Notes: generated by a model not told the origin, from the sequence alone. DNA of 64,000 nt from Laetmonice hystrix (GCA_965235115.1 OZ249444.1:28706001-28770000); one strand, 5' to 3'; shown: positions 25,348 through 39,084, counted from the stretch's first letter. Made by a program: numbers and translations.

Positions 25348-28300
25348 GTTTCTCCCCAACCTCCACCCTGACCGAGGTGGTACCAGTCCATCAGTTTCTC
25401 CCCAACCTCCACCCTGACCGAGGTGGTACCAGTCCCTCAGTTTCTCCCTAACCTCCACCCTGACCGAGGTGGTACCAGTCCCTCAGTTTCTCCCCAACCT
25501 CCACCCTGACCGAGGTGGTACCAGTCAGTTTCTCCCTAACCTCCACCCTGACCGAGGTGGTACCAGTCCCTCAGTTTCTCCCCAACCTCCACCCTGACCG
25601 AGGTGGTACCAGTCAGTTTCTCCCCAACCTCCACCCTGACCGAGGTGGTACCAGTCAGTTTCTCCCCAACCTCCACCCTGACCGAGGTGGTACCAGTCCC
25701 TCAGTTTCTCCCTAACCTCCACCCTGACCGAGGTGGTACCAGTCAGTTTCTCCCCAACCTCCACCCTGACCGAGGTGGTACCAGTCCCTCAGTTTCTCCC
25801 CAACCTCCACCCTGACCGAGGTGGTACCAGTCCCTCAGTTTCTCCCCAACCTCCACCCTGACCGAGGTGGTACCAGTCAGTTTCTCCCTAACCTCCACCC
25901 TGACCGAGGTGGTACCAGTCCCTCAGTTTCTCCCCAACCTCCACCCTGACCGAGGTGGTACCAGTCAGTTTCTCCCTAACCTCCACCCTGACCGAGGTGG
26001 TACCAGTCCCTCAGTTTCTCCCCAACCTCCACCCTGACCGAGGTGGTACCAGTCCCTCAGTTTCTCCCCAACCTCCACCCTGACCGAGGTGGTACCAGTC
26101 AGTTTCTCCCCAACCTCCACCCTGACCGAGGTGGTACCAGTCCCTCAGTTTCTCCCCAACCTCCACCCTGACCGAGGTGGTACCAGTCCCTCAGTTTCTC
26201 CCCAACCTCCACCCTGACCGAGGTGGTACCAGTCAGTTTCTCCCTAACCTCCACCCTGACCGAGGTGGTACCAGTCCCTCAGTTTCTCCCCAACCTCCAC
26301 CCTGACCGAGGTGGTACCAGTCCCTCAGTTTCTCCCCAACCTCCACCCTGACCGAGGTGGTACCAGTCCCTCAGTTTCTCCCCAACCTCCACCCTGACCG
26401 AGGTGGTACCAGTCCCTCAGTTTCTCCCCAACCTCCACCCTGACCGAGGTGGTACCAGTCCCTCAGTTTCTCCCCAACCTCCACCCTGACCGAGGTGGTA
26501 CCAGTCAGTTTCTCCCCAACCTCCACCCTGACCGAGGTGGTACCAGTCAGTTTCTCCCCAACCTCCACCCTGACCGAGGTGGTACCAGTCCCTCAGTTTC
26601 TCCCCAACCTCCACCCTGACCGAGGTGGTACCAGTCCCTCAGTTTCTCCCCAACCTCCACCCTGACCGAGGTGGTACCAGTCAGTTTCTCCCTAACCTCC
26701 ACCCTGACCGAGGTGGTACCAGTCCCTCAGTTTCTCCCCAACCTCCACCCTGACCGAGGTGGTACCAGTCAGTTTCTCCCTAACCTCCACCCTGACCGAG
26801 GTGGTACCAGTGCCTCAGTTTCTCCCCAACCTCCACCCTGACCGAGGTGGTACCAGTCAGTTTCTCCCTAACCTCCACCCTGACCGAGGTGGTACCAGTC
26901 AGTTTCTCCCCAACCTCCACCCTGACCGAGGTGGTACCAGTCCCTCAGTTTCTCCCTAACCTCCACCCTGACCGAGGTGGTACCAGTCCCTCAGTTTCTC
27001 CCCAACCTCCACCCTGACCGAGGTGGTACCAGTCAGTTTCTCCCCAACCTCCACCCTGACCGAGGTGGTACCAGTCAGTTTCTCCCCAACCTCCACCCTG
27101 ACCGAGGTGGTACCAGTCAGTTTCTCCCCAACCTCCACCCTGACCGAGGTGGTACCAGTCAGTTTCTCCCCAACCTCCACCCTGACCGAGGTGGTACCAG
27201 TCAGTTTCTTCCCAACCTCCACCCTGACCGAGGTGGTACCAGTCCCTCAGTTTCTCCCCAACCTTCACCCTGACCGAGGTGGTACCAGTCCCTCAGTTTC
27301 TCCCTAACCTCCACCCTGACCGAGGTGGTACCAGTCAGTTTCTCCCCAACCTCCACCCTGACCGAGGTGGTACCAGTCAGTTTCTCCCCAACCTCCACCC
27401 TGACCGAGGTGGTACCAGTCCCTCAGTTTCTCCCCAACCTCCACCCTGACCGAGGTGGTACCAGTCCCTCAGTTTCTCCCCAACCTCCACCCTGACCGAG
27501 GTGGTACCAGTCAGTTTCTCCCCAACCTTCACCCTGACCGAGGTGGTACCAGTCCCTCAGTTTCTCCCCAACCTCCACCCTGACCGAGGTGGTACCAGTC
27601 CCTCAGTTTCTCCCCAACCTCCACCCTGACCGAGGTGGTACCAGTCCCTCAGTTTCTCCCCAACCTCCACCCTGACCGAGGTGGTACCAGTCCCTCAGTT
27701 TCTCCCCAACCTCCACCCTGACCGAGGTGGTACCAGTCAGTTTCTCCCCAACCTCCACCCTGACCGAGGTGGTACCAGTCCCTCAGTTTCTCCCCAACCT
27801 CCACCCTGACCGAGGTGGTACCAGTCAGTTTCTCCCCAACCTCCACCCTGACCGAGGTGGTACCAGTCCCTCAGTTTCTCCCCAACCTCCACCCTGACCG
27901 AGGTGGTACCAGTCAGTTTCTCCCCAACCTCCACCCTGACCGAGGTGGTACCAGTCAGTTTCTCCCCAACCTCCACCCTGACCGAGGTGGTACCAGTCCC
28001 TCAGTTTCTCCCCAACCTCCACCCTGACCGAGGTGGTACCAGTCCCTCAGTTTCTCCCCAACCTCCACCCTGACCGAGGTGGTACCAGTCCCTCAGTTTC
28101 TCCCCAACCTCCACCCTGACCGAGGTGGTACCAGTCCCTCAGTTTCTCCCCAACCTCCACCCTGACCGAGGTGGTACCAGTCCCTCAGTTTCTCCCCAAC
28201 CTCCACCCTGACCGAGGTGGTACCAGTCAGTTTCTCCCCAACCTCCACCCTGACCGAGGTGGTACCAGTCAGTTTCTCCCCAACCTCCACCCTGACCGAG

Positions 28301-31300
28301 GTGGTACCAGTCCCTCAGTTTCTTCCCAACCTCCACCCTGACCGAGGTGGTACCAGTCCCTCAGTTTCTCCCCAACCTCCACCCTGACCGAGGTGGTACC
28401 AGTCAGTTTCTCCCTAACCTCCACCCTGACCGAGGTGGTACCAGTCCCTCAGTTTCTCCCCAACCTCCACCCTGACCGAGGTGGTACCAGTCAGTTTCTC
28501 CCTAACCTCCACCCTGACCGAGGTGGTACCAGTCAGTTTCTCCCCAACCTCCACCCTGACCGAGGTGGTACCAGTCCCTCAGTTTCTCCCCAACCTCCAC
28601 CCTGACCGAGGCGGTACCAGTCCCTCAGTTTCTCCCCAACCTCCACCCTGACCGAGGTGGTACCAGTCAGTTTCTCCCCAACCTCCACCCTGACCGAGGT
28701 GGTACCAGTCCCTCAGTTTCTCCCCAACCTCCACCCTGACCGAGGTGGTACCAGTCAGTTTCTCCCCAACCTCCACCCTGACCGAGGTGGTACCAGTCCC
28801 TCAGTTTCTCCCCAACCTCCACCCTGACCGAGGTGGTACCAGTCCCTCAGTTTCTCCCCAACCTCCACCCTGACCGAGGTGGTACCAGTCCCTCAGTTTC
28901 TCCCCAACCTCCACCCTGACCGAGGTGGTACCAGTGCCTCAGTTTCTCCCCAACCTCCACCCTGACCGAGGTGGTACCAGTCAGTTTCTCCCTAACCTCC
29001 ACCCTGACCGAGGTGGTACCAGTCAGTTTCTCCCCAACCTCCACCCTGACCGAGGTGGTACCAGTCCCTCAGTTTCTCCCTAACCTCCACCCTGACCGAG
29101 GTGGTACCAGTCCCTCAGTTTCTCCCCAACCTCCACCCTGACCGAGGTGGTACCAGTCAGTTTCTCCCCAACCTCCACCCTGACCGAGGTGGTACCAGTC
29201 AGTTTCTCCCCAACCTCCACCCTGACCGAGGTGGTACCAGTCAGTTTCTCCCCAACCTCCACCCTGACCGAGGTGGTACCAGTCAGTTTCTCCCCAACCT
29301 CCACCCTGACCGAGGTGGTACCAGTCAGTTTCTTCCCAACCTCCACCCTGACCGAGGTGGTACCAGTCCCTCAGTTTCTCCCCAACCTTCACCCTGACCG
29401 AGGTGGTACCAGTCCCTCAGTTTCTCCCTAACCTCCACCCTGACCGAGGTGGTACCAGTCCCTCAGTTTCTCCCCAACCTCCACCCTGACCGAGGTGGTA
29501 CCAGTCAGTTTCTCCCCAACCTTCACCCTGACCGAGGTGGTACCAGTCCCTCAGTTTCTCCCCAACCTCCACCCTGACCGAGGTGGTACCAGTCCCTCAG
29601 TTTCTCCCCAACCTCCACCCTGACCGAGGTGGTACCAGTCCCTCAGTTTCTCCCCAACCTCCACCCTGACCGAGGTGGTACCAGTCCCTCAGTTTCTCCC
29701 CAACCTCCACCCTGACCGAGGTGGTACCAGTCAGTTTCTCCCCAACCTCCACCCTGACCGAGGTGGTACCAGTCCCTCAGTTTCTCCCCAACCTCCACCC
29801 TGACCGAGGTGGTACCAGTCAGTTTCTCCCCAACCTCCACCCTGACCGAGGTGGTACCAGTCCCTCAGTTTCTCCCCAACCTCCACCCTGACCGAGGTGG
29901 TACCAGTCAGTTTCTCCCCAACCTCCACCCTGACCGAGGTGGTACCAGTCAGTTTCTCCCCAACCTCCACCCTGACCGAGGTGGTACCAGTCCCTCAGTT
30001 TCTCCCCAACCTCCACCCTGACCGAGGTGGTACCAGTCAGTTTCTCCCCAACCTCCACCCTGACCGAGGTGGTACCAGTCCCTCAGTTTCTCCCCAACCT
30101 CCACCCTGACCGAGGTGGTACCAGTCCCTCAGTTTCTCCCCAACCTCCACCCTGACCGAGGCGGTACCAGTCCCTCAGTTTCTCCCCAACCTCCACCCTG
30201 ACCGAGGCGGTACCAGTCCCTCAGTTTCTCCCCAACCTCCACCCTGACCGAGGTGGTACCAGTCCCTCAGTTTCTCCCCAACCTCCACCCTGACCGAGGT
30301 GGTACCAGTCCCTCAGTTTCTCCCCAACCTCCACCCTGACCGAGGTGGTACCAGTCAGTTTCTCCCCAACCTTCACCCTGACCGAGGTGGTACCAGTCAG
30401 TTTCTCCCCAACCTCCACCCTGACCGAGGTGGTACCAGTCAGTTTCTCCCCAACCTCCACCCTGACCGAGGTGGTACCAGTCCCTCAGTTTCTCCCCAAC
30501 CTCCACCCTGACCGAGGTGGTACCAGTCAGTTTCTCCCCAACCTCCACCCTGACCGAGGTGGTACCAGTCAGTTTCTCCCCAACCTCCACCCTGACCGAG
30601 GTGGTACCAGTCAGTTTCTCCCCAACCTCCACCCTGACCGAGGTGGTACCAGTCAGTTTCTCCCCAACCTCCACCCTGACCGAGGTGGTACCAGTCAGTT
30701 TCTCCCCAACCTCCACCCTGACCGAGGTGGTACCAGTCCCTCAGTTTCTCCCCAACCTCCACCCTGACCGAGGTGGTACCAGTCAGTTTCTCCCCAACCT
30801 CCACCCTGACCGAGGTGGTACCAGTCCCTCAGTTTCTCCCCAACCTCCACCCTGACCGAGGTGGTACCAGTCAGTTTCTCCCCAACCTCCACCCTGACCG
30901 AGGTGGTACCAGTCAGTTTCTCCCCAACCTCCACCCTGACCGAGGTGGTACCAGTCAGTTTCTCCCCAACCTCCACCCTGACCGAGGTGGTACCAGTCAG
31001 TTTCTCCCCAACCTCCACCCTGACCGAGGTGGTACCAGTCCCTCAGTTTCTCCCCAACCTCCACCCTGACCGAGGTGGTACCAGTCCCTCAGTTTCTCCC
31101 CAACCTCCACCCTGACCGAGGTGGTACCAGTCCCTCAGTTTCTCCCCAACCTCCACCCTGACCGAGGTGGTACCAGTCCCTCAGTAACCTCCACCCTGAC
31201 CGAGGTGGTACCAGTCCCTCAGTTTCTCCCCAACCTCCACCCTGACCGAGGCGGTACCAGTCCCTCAGTAACCTCCACCCTGACCGAGGTGGTACCAGTC

Positions 31301-31303
31301 CCT
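25348..31303. repeat. ~6-kb minisatellite of interspersed 46-bp and 42-bp units, ~134 copies
   Basis: Long unit AACCTCCACCCTGACCGAGGTGGTACCAGTCCCTCAGTTTCTCCCC; the short unit lacks 4 nt (...CCAGTCAGTTT...). It is the source of all track ORFs between 25515 and 31309. Confidence 0.98.
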
Positions 31304-32295
31304 CCGTGATAATGACAGAAACTCTCCTGTAGACAAGGATGATATTTTAACACTGTCTATATTACGACCGTATCACAGAGCCTTGTTCTCCCGGATTCCG
31401 ACTGTGATCCTATCTGTATGTCGTCACACTGTGATTTTAACGACGCTGACGCCCAAAGGCCATGCCTTTCTATGGTTTGGTTCCTCTGAACACACCTGCA
31501 GATCAAAGTCAGATCACAATACCTCACCACCAAACTAAATCTGATTAAATACGCTCAAGAAGACACTACATGATGAAGGCGAGGTGGCAGAAGAGGGCAA
31601 TAGACGCTGACGTTTCAATCAAAATGTTTACTTGTTCACAGCACTCGGAAACCACTATCAAATCTTGACTTGATATGTCGTCAAACACAAACGGCGTACG
31701 GCTCGGCCTATGCCTTAAGGATGTTGACTACCTGCTGCGATGAAGACAAGCATGCCTGTCATCTATCCTCTTAATAACTACCTGGGCTATCTTCTGTTAG
31801 TCGACATCACAGACCTTGGATACCGCTCTCACTGCCACTCTCACCTCTAGTGTATAATTAGACGTCCCAGCAAACCCAGCCTCCAATCACTGGGCCATCA
31901 CTATCTTCACCACATATATACACACCTCAAAGGTTTCTAGTTATTTATTCTTTGCTCTAACTCAGGTAACCTTCTTCAATCTACCACTCCGTGTCACAAA
32001 TTTTAACGTGCCTAAATTCTGATGTAAATACAGATACATAGTCTCGCATTGAATGTAAATATAATACAGTGATTGTGCTATCAAAATCTCCCATTTAATG
32101 TAAATATAATACAGTGATTGTGCTATCAAAATCCCCCAAATAACATATACATGTAGTAATGGTGTTAGCAAAATCTCACTTTCAACGTAAATATAAATAA
32201 TAATACAGCGATTTTACTATTAAAAAAATTACCATTTGAAGACTGAACGAGCACCTAATTCTGTAGTTTATAGTGTATAATCTGTTACCTTAGAA

Positions 32296-33932
32296 TTACA
32301 AGTTACAACCTGTTACCGTACTATTACAAGTTGTAACCTGTTACCGTACTATAACAAGTTGTAACCTGTTACCGTACTATTACAAGTTGTAACCTGTTAC
32401 CGTACTATTACAAGTTGTAACCCGTTACCGTACAATAACAAGTTGTAACCCGTTACCGTACTATTACAAGTTGTAACCTGTTACCGTACTATTACAAGTT
32501 ATAACCTGTTACCGTACAATAACAAGTTGTAACCCGTTACCGTACTATTACAAGTTATAACCTGTTACCGTACTATAACAAGTTGTAACCTGTTACCGTA
32601 CTATTACAAGTTGTAACCTGTTACCGTACTATTACAAGTTGTAACCTGTTACCGTACTATAACTAGTTATAACCTGTTACCGTACTATAACAAGTTGTAA
32701 CCTGTTACCGTACTATTACAAGTTGTAACCTGTTACCGTACTATTACAAGTTGTAACCTGTTACCGTACTATAACAAGTTGTAACCTGTTACCGTACTAT
32801 AACAAGTTGTAACCTGTTACCGTACTATTACAAGTTGTAACCTGTTACCGTACTATTACAAGTTGTAACCTGTTACCGTACTATTACAAGTTGTAACCTG
32901 TTACCGTACTATAACAAGTTGTAACCTGTTACCGTACTATTACAAGTTGTAACCTGTTACCGTACTATAACAAGTTATAACCCGTTACCGTACAATAACA
33001 AGTTGTAACCCGTTACCGTACTATTACAAGTTGTAACCTGTTACCGTACTATAACAAGTTGTAACCTGTTACCGTACTATTACAAGTTGTAACCTGTTAC
33101 CGTACTATAACAAGTTATAACCTGTTACCGTACTATTACAAGTTGTAACCTGTTACCGTACTATTACAAGTTGTAACCTGTTACCGTACTATAACAAGTT
33201 ATAACCTGTTACCGTACTATTACAAGTTGTAACCTGTTACCGTACTATAACTAGTTATAACCTGTTACCGTACTATAACAAGTTGTAACCTGTTACCGTA
33301 CTATTACAAGTTGTAACCTGTTACCGTACTATTACAAGTTGTAACCTGTTACCGTACTATAACAAGTTATAACCTGTTACCGTACTATTACAAGTTGTAA
33401 CCTGTTACCGTACTATTACAAGTTGTAACCTGTTACCGTACTATAACAAGTTGTAACCTGTTACCGTACTATTACAAGTTGTAACCTGTTACCGTACTAT
33501 TACAAGTTGTAACCTGTTACCGTACTATAACAAGTTATAACCTGTTACCGTACTATTACAAGTTGTAACCTGTTACCGTACTATTACAAGTTGTAACCTG
33601 TTACCGTACTATAACAAGTTATAACCTGTTACCGTACTATTACAAGTTGTAACCTGTTACCGTACTATAACTAGTTATAACCTGTTACCGTACTATAACA
33701 AGTTGTAACCTGTTACCGTACTATTACAAGTTGTAACCTGTTACCGTACTATTACAAGTTGTAACCTGTTACCGTACTATAACAAGTTATAACCTGTTAC
33801 CGTACTATTACAAGTTGTAACCTGTTACCGTACTATTACAAGTTGTAACCTGTTACCGTACTATAACAAGTTGTAACCTGTTACCGTACTATTACAAGTT
33901 GTAACCTGTTACCGTACTATTACAAGCTGTAA
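32296..33932. repeat. 28-bp AT-rich minisatellite, ~58 copies
   Basis: Unit GTAACCTGTTACCGTACTATTACAAGTT. Contains a 420-bp internal duplication (33181-33600 vs 33601 onward). Confidence 0.97.
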
Positions 33933-34878
33933 TATAATCATGTCCACTGACCGGCTCAGTAATTACACAGAATATTGACTCTCTGTTCCCATTCACGGTG
34001 ACATGATAACGAGGGATCACTGATTCTATTTAGATATGGAGTCGTCTCAGACTGACATGAACACCGGGTGGATAATTAGTCTTGTATCACATCAAACCTA
34101 ATTAGTCATCGGCAATCAGGGTTTTTAATTGGATAAGCATTGATAGATTCGCTATATGAACTGTAATTAAAAATGCAAAACACCTGATTCTAATTAATTT
34201 ATAAATGGTTTCAATCGTTTCCAAATGATGACGGTCCAATCATGAAGCTTACTTCATCCAATCCTGTGACCTACTTCACTCAATCCTGAAGTTTACCTCA
34301 TCCAATCAGCAAGCTTACTTCATTTAATCCTAAAGCTTACTTCATCCAATCATGAAGCTTGCCCCGGTACTACAGCCAATCATGAAGCTTACTTCATCTA
34401 TCCTTCCAACTTACTTCATTTAACTTTCAACCTAACTTCACCAAATCATTTACTGAAGAATATACATCAATTTTCCTATCCATACTGCTGACCCCAGATG
34501 AATAATTATCTGCACTTTTGAGTTCCCATGCAGGATTTTCTCACATAGCTTCTTTCAACTCCAGAGTCCATTGATTCTGGTTGGCCCCTTTTCATTTCAG
34601 TTTTTTTTTCTGCGGATCCTCTGCACGTGGCCGGCCCCATGGTGTGCCGGTAGAAGGGTGAACAGTAGACTTCCTATACGATGTGGGTGGAGGGATATTT
34701 GTAACCTAGCGGTCGCATAGTGTGGACATCCGGTCGAGGTATGATCGGATTTCTTTACTGAGATGTCAGAGGCCAGTCCATTCGGAAAAACTTTCGGCAA
34801 TCCCCGGAACACATCGGAAACTGATCTGTTGGAAGGGTTCAATGGAAACTTTCTCAGCCCTTTCTCACACTCAGATCG

Positions 34879-36175
34879 GCCCACCGTCCTGCCCACCGTC
34901 CTGCCCACCGCCCCACCCACCGCCCCGCACACCGTCCCGCCCACCGTCCCACCCACCGCCCCGCCCACCGTCCCGCCCACCGTCCCGCCCACCGCCCTGT
35001 CCACCGCCCCGCCCACCGTCCCGCTCACCGCCCTGCCCACCGCCCTGCCCACCGCCCTGCCCACCGCCCTGCCCACCGCCCTGCCCACCGCCCTGCCCAC
35101 CGGCCTGCCCACCGGCCTGCCCACCGCCCTGCCCACCGTCCCGCCCACCGTCCTGCCCACCGCCCCGCCCACCGCCCTGCCCACTGTCCCGCCCACCGTC
35201 CTGCCCACCGCCCCGCCCACCGGCCCGCCCACCGGCCCGCCCACCGCCCTGCCCACCGTCCTGCCCACCGTCCCGCCCACCGCCCTGCCCACCGGCCTCC
35301 CCACCGTCCTGCCCACCGTCCCGCCCACCATCCTGCCCACCATCCTGCCCACCGGCCTCCCCACCGTCCTGCCCACCGTCCTGCCCACCGCCATGCCCAC
35401 CGTCCCACCCACCGCCGCGCCCACCCTCCTGCCCACCGCCCTGCCCACTGTCCCGCACACCGTCCCGCCCACCGTCCCGCCCACCGTCCCGCCCACCGCC
35501 CTGCCCACCGTCCCGCCCACCGTCCCGCCCACCGCCCCGCCCACCGCCCCGCCCACCGTCCCGCCCACCGTCCCGCCCACCGTCCCGCCCACCGTCCCGC
35601 CCACCGTCCCGCCCACCGTCCCGCCCACCGTCCCGCCCACCGTCCCGCCCACCGCCCCGCCCAACGTCCTGCCCACCGTCCCGCCCACCGCCCCGCCCAA
35701 CGTCCCGCCCACCGTCCTGCCCACCGTCCCGCCCACCGCCCTGCCCACCGCCCCGCCCACCGCCCCGCCCACCGGCCCGCCCACCGCCCCGCCCACCGCC
35801 CCGCCCACCGCCCTGCCCACCCTCCTGCCCACCGTCCTGCCCACCGCCCCGCCCACCGTCCTGCCCACCGCCCACCGTCCCGCCCACCGGCCTGCCCACC
35901 GCCCCGCCCACCGTCCCGCCCACCGCCCCGCCCACCGGCCTGCCCACCCTCCTGCCCACCGCCCTGCCCACCGTCCCGCCCACCGCCCCGCCCACCGCCC
36001 CGCCCACCGTCCCGCCCACCGGCCTGCCCACCGTCCTGCCCACCGCCCCGCCCACCGTCCCGCCCACCGTCCTGCCCACCGTCCTGCCCACCGTCCTGCC
36101 CACCGTCCTGCCCACCGCCCACCGCCCCGCACACCGGCCTGCCCACCGTCCTGCCCACCGTCCACCTGCCCACCG
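34879..36175. repeat. 12-bp GC-rich minisatellite, ~108 copies
   Basis: Unit GCCCACCG(T/C)CC(T/C) with 7-bp short units near 35870 and 36118. The consensus unit has no stop codon in any of the six frames, which explains the 380-520 aa ORFs. Confidence 0.97.
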
Positions 36176-36719
36176 GGGTCTGCTTTTCAAAACTACCATT
36201 GTTCCTAGAAACTTGAGTTTGCCGCCTCCGGTTGCAGAGACTGATGTTAACTGAGATTAAATCAACAGTTTATCTGCCACAGGAACATTCCGACAGTATT
36301 GGGAGTGGTGAAGGTTAAGGTCACGACTAGGTATAGATTATAAGATACATTCTGTATTCACGGTTCGGCATGATCAAGATTTATAGTTCGTACTCCAAGG
36401 CTTCCAAGGCTGGGTTTACTCTTTGTGTTCAGCTCTCATCTTCCAACCAGTCTTTAGTGGATGCATGGAGAACTCCACAAACAACACTCTTGCAATATGT
36501 TTCACATCTAATTATGTTTTTGTTGAAGGTTTTAAACTTAAAAAAATAAAGTATCACATTTTAATTTAAAAAAATATATATTTATGGTACATCTCCCTGA
36601 CTTTGGTAAGCCAGGGAGGGTGGGAAGCATCTCCTGGGGCTGATGACTTAATTTTGTGACGGAGCCTGCATCAGTGACCAAGGTACCGGTACAGGTGAAA
36701 CATTAAAAACACCTGCAGA

Positions 36720-36805
36720 GTTGAAGGGAGGGAGGATGGAGGGGGAGGGAGGGAGGAGGGAGGGGGAGGGAGGGAGGAGGGAGGGGGAGGGGGGAGGGAA
36801 GGGGA
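36720..36805. repeat. Polypurine (GGAG/GGGAG) tract
   Basis: Nearly pure G/A run. Confidence 0.9.
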
Positions 36806-37601
36806 CCGTGGCTTTGTTTTACGGGAAGGACGCGCATCAGGCGCCGCTGATATCGTGACACGGCTCGGCGGGCGGTGGGACAGATGTAAGAATTCATCAT
36901 TATCGTCATGATGGTCGGGGGCTGTGCCATCCTGCCTCTACCCTAGCCTTTATTCTTGGTCCCAGTACACAGGTCGGGTTGTCAACGACTCACCTATAAC
37001 ATATCGGTTCGCAGTCCTTCATATAATGACCTATGATAACTTCTTCACCATTATTTCGGTGTTACACCCAAAAATCTCTCATTATTCTAAACACCTTCTC
37101 CCTACATCCAGACACTTCTCAGAAAGAAAACGTCTGACATTTCAACGTGTCCAACACAGGTATCAGCACGAGTAGGGGAATACAGTGAGCAGGAAAAAAT
37201 CGGGTACATGCATTTCAAAAACACGTCCTATCTTCTTTTTTTTATTTGATTTTTTATTGAAAGTAACAAAAAACTGATCTTAGTGGCGGTTGGTCCTACC
37301 GTCCTGGCGTCTGGAGACACACGATAGCCCATTGAGAGTCAACTGGTTTGGAACCTTGCCGCAGATTGAGGACACTGACGGGGTACGGGTTCTATTGCTA
37401 CATCCCTTTAGAAGAGTCATGTCACACTTATCGTCGAGTTACACCCTCACCTCTCCAAGTGGACACACCATCCGAAACCATCGACTTTTCCTACTGTCAG
37501 GTTTTCAACAGCGTCTGTTTCCAGACTACGACCGAACGTGGAGGTATAATATCGGCGACAAGGCCAACATATTTCAATCATGTCATTATTATGTAACTCA
37601 C

Positions 37602-37897
37602 GGCACTGTATCTCTCGTTTCAAACGGGGTCTCTGCCATTCTTGCAGTTTTCCTGGTGATAATTTTGAAAAAGTGGCGCGCAAACTGGGGTGGTGACAAA
37701 TTCTCCTTTACTGATGGTCGTGAAAGAATTGTCCGTCTATGATCACTCAGTTGAACGTGTCCTTCATATCACATGTATCCCGAGCGAGGAAAGCATGGAT
37801 TCGATTCCACCCAGGAAGATTTCTGTATGTGGGATGGTCCATTGTCCTGCTTCAACACGACCACTTTCTGTTAGAAGGTGGCGGTGGCCGAGTTGGC
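37602..37897 (-). other. Candidate spliced exon containing 5'UTR and a start codon
   Basis: Acceptor GACTTTATCTCCCACTCTACACACAG| (37899-37898), donor GTGCC|GTGAGT (37601-37596), and AGAATGG start at 37639 giving MAETPFETRDTV(P). No homology recognised. Confidence 0.2.
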
Positions 37898-38803
37898 CTG
37901 TGTGTAGAGTGGGAGATAAAGTCCTTTCAACCCTTAATATAAGACAAAAATCGCTCAAACACTGAAACTATTTAATGCTGTGTTCTGAAACTATTTCAGT
38001 GGGTCAAATATTATATTTACCGTCTTGATATCACGAACGTAAACTATCAGAAGCTGGTCATACTGTGGTACACAGAACCAAAGATGTCAAAGTACACGGG
38101 TTCCCAACTTCTACTTGTTTACACACCCTTCAAAGATTTCCTTCCGAAACCAAAAGCAGGATTTTATTTAGTTTTTATGACCCGAACAATTCCCATCGAT
38201 CTTGTGCCAGGTTCCATAATTAAATTAACAGTGCCATTAACTGTGCCTGCCGCAGACCATCGAGCAATATCAATGTAAGGAAGACAAGATATTAGATGAC
38301 ATCCTACAATGGTGGACTCAGAAGCAACTGGTTGATGACCGTCTTTCATGTAGCAAACATCTGACGATTTGTTTATAAATTAGCACCAGTCGTCGCGCAC
38401 TGTTTATCAAAACTACAAGCTGACATGAAACCATGCGAACCACCGTTTATGGTGAGAAATCCAGGTAAACCCCGATATCACCTGGATGTAACATTAAACG
38501 ACAACTTCGTTATCAAGGCCACAATTAACTGGGTCATTTTCTACAACCTCCACGAATCGATTTGATATTATTGTTAACATTTTCAATTTAACTTTTCCAA
38601 AAATTATAAACAGAGTTTAGATATATATTTCAGTTGTCATGCCATCATGAAATTTAAACATCAGACCAAATTCAAAGTTGCTAACAACTGTTAATGACAC
38701 TATTCTACAAATGAAATGTATATAAGAAAAAGGCCATATAAAATTCATAAAATAGAAACGACCTTGAAGCAACCTGTGCAGGTGTGAACGTTAAGTATAC
38801 ATA

Positions 38804-39055
38804 AGTCCGCCGGAATGGAGGTCTGCCGGAATGGAGGTCCGCCGGAATGGAGGTCCGCCGGAATGGAGGTCCGCCGGACCTGGATTCCACGGTTATGCAG
38901 GTCCTAGGTCATCATCTTCGTGGTATCAGACAAAAATATAATTAAGAAAATACAAATGGATTCGGGTTAAGGTTAGGATGAGAGATTGCATTATGAAGAA
39001 ATATTTAAATAATACAACATCAGTTCAAGTCCTAGGAATGCAGGTCCATCGGACT
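38804..39055. mobile_element. Candidate short MITE with internal 16-bp repeat
   Basis: Inverted ends ATAAGTCCG (38801-38809) / CGGACTTAT (39050-39058), readable as TA|AGTCCG...CGGACT|TA. Internal (GTCCGCCGGAATGGAG)x~4.5, GGACCTG/CAGGTCC inverted motifs and a GGGTTAAGGTTAGG tract. The TIR is short, so the call is tentative. Confidence 0.35.
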
Positions 39056-39084
39056 TATACTTCTGGGATAGCAGGTCCATTGTC

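Noticed and set aside
25348-31303. CRISPR-like regular repeats (also the 16.8-17.6 kb and 21-23 kb arrays)
   Set aside because: The sequence between repeated cores is itself repeated, not unique spacers. There are no cas genes and the context is eukaryotic.
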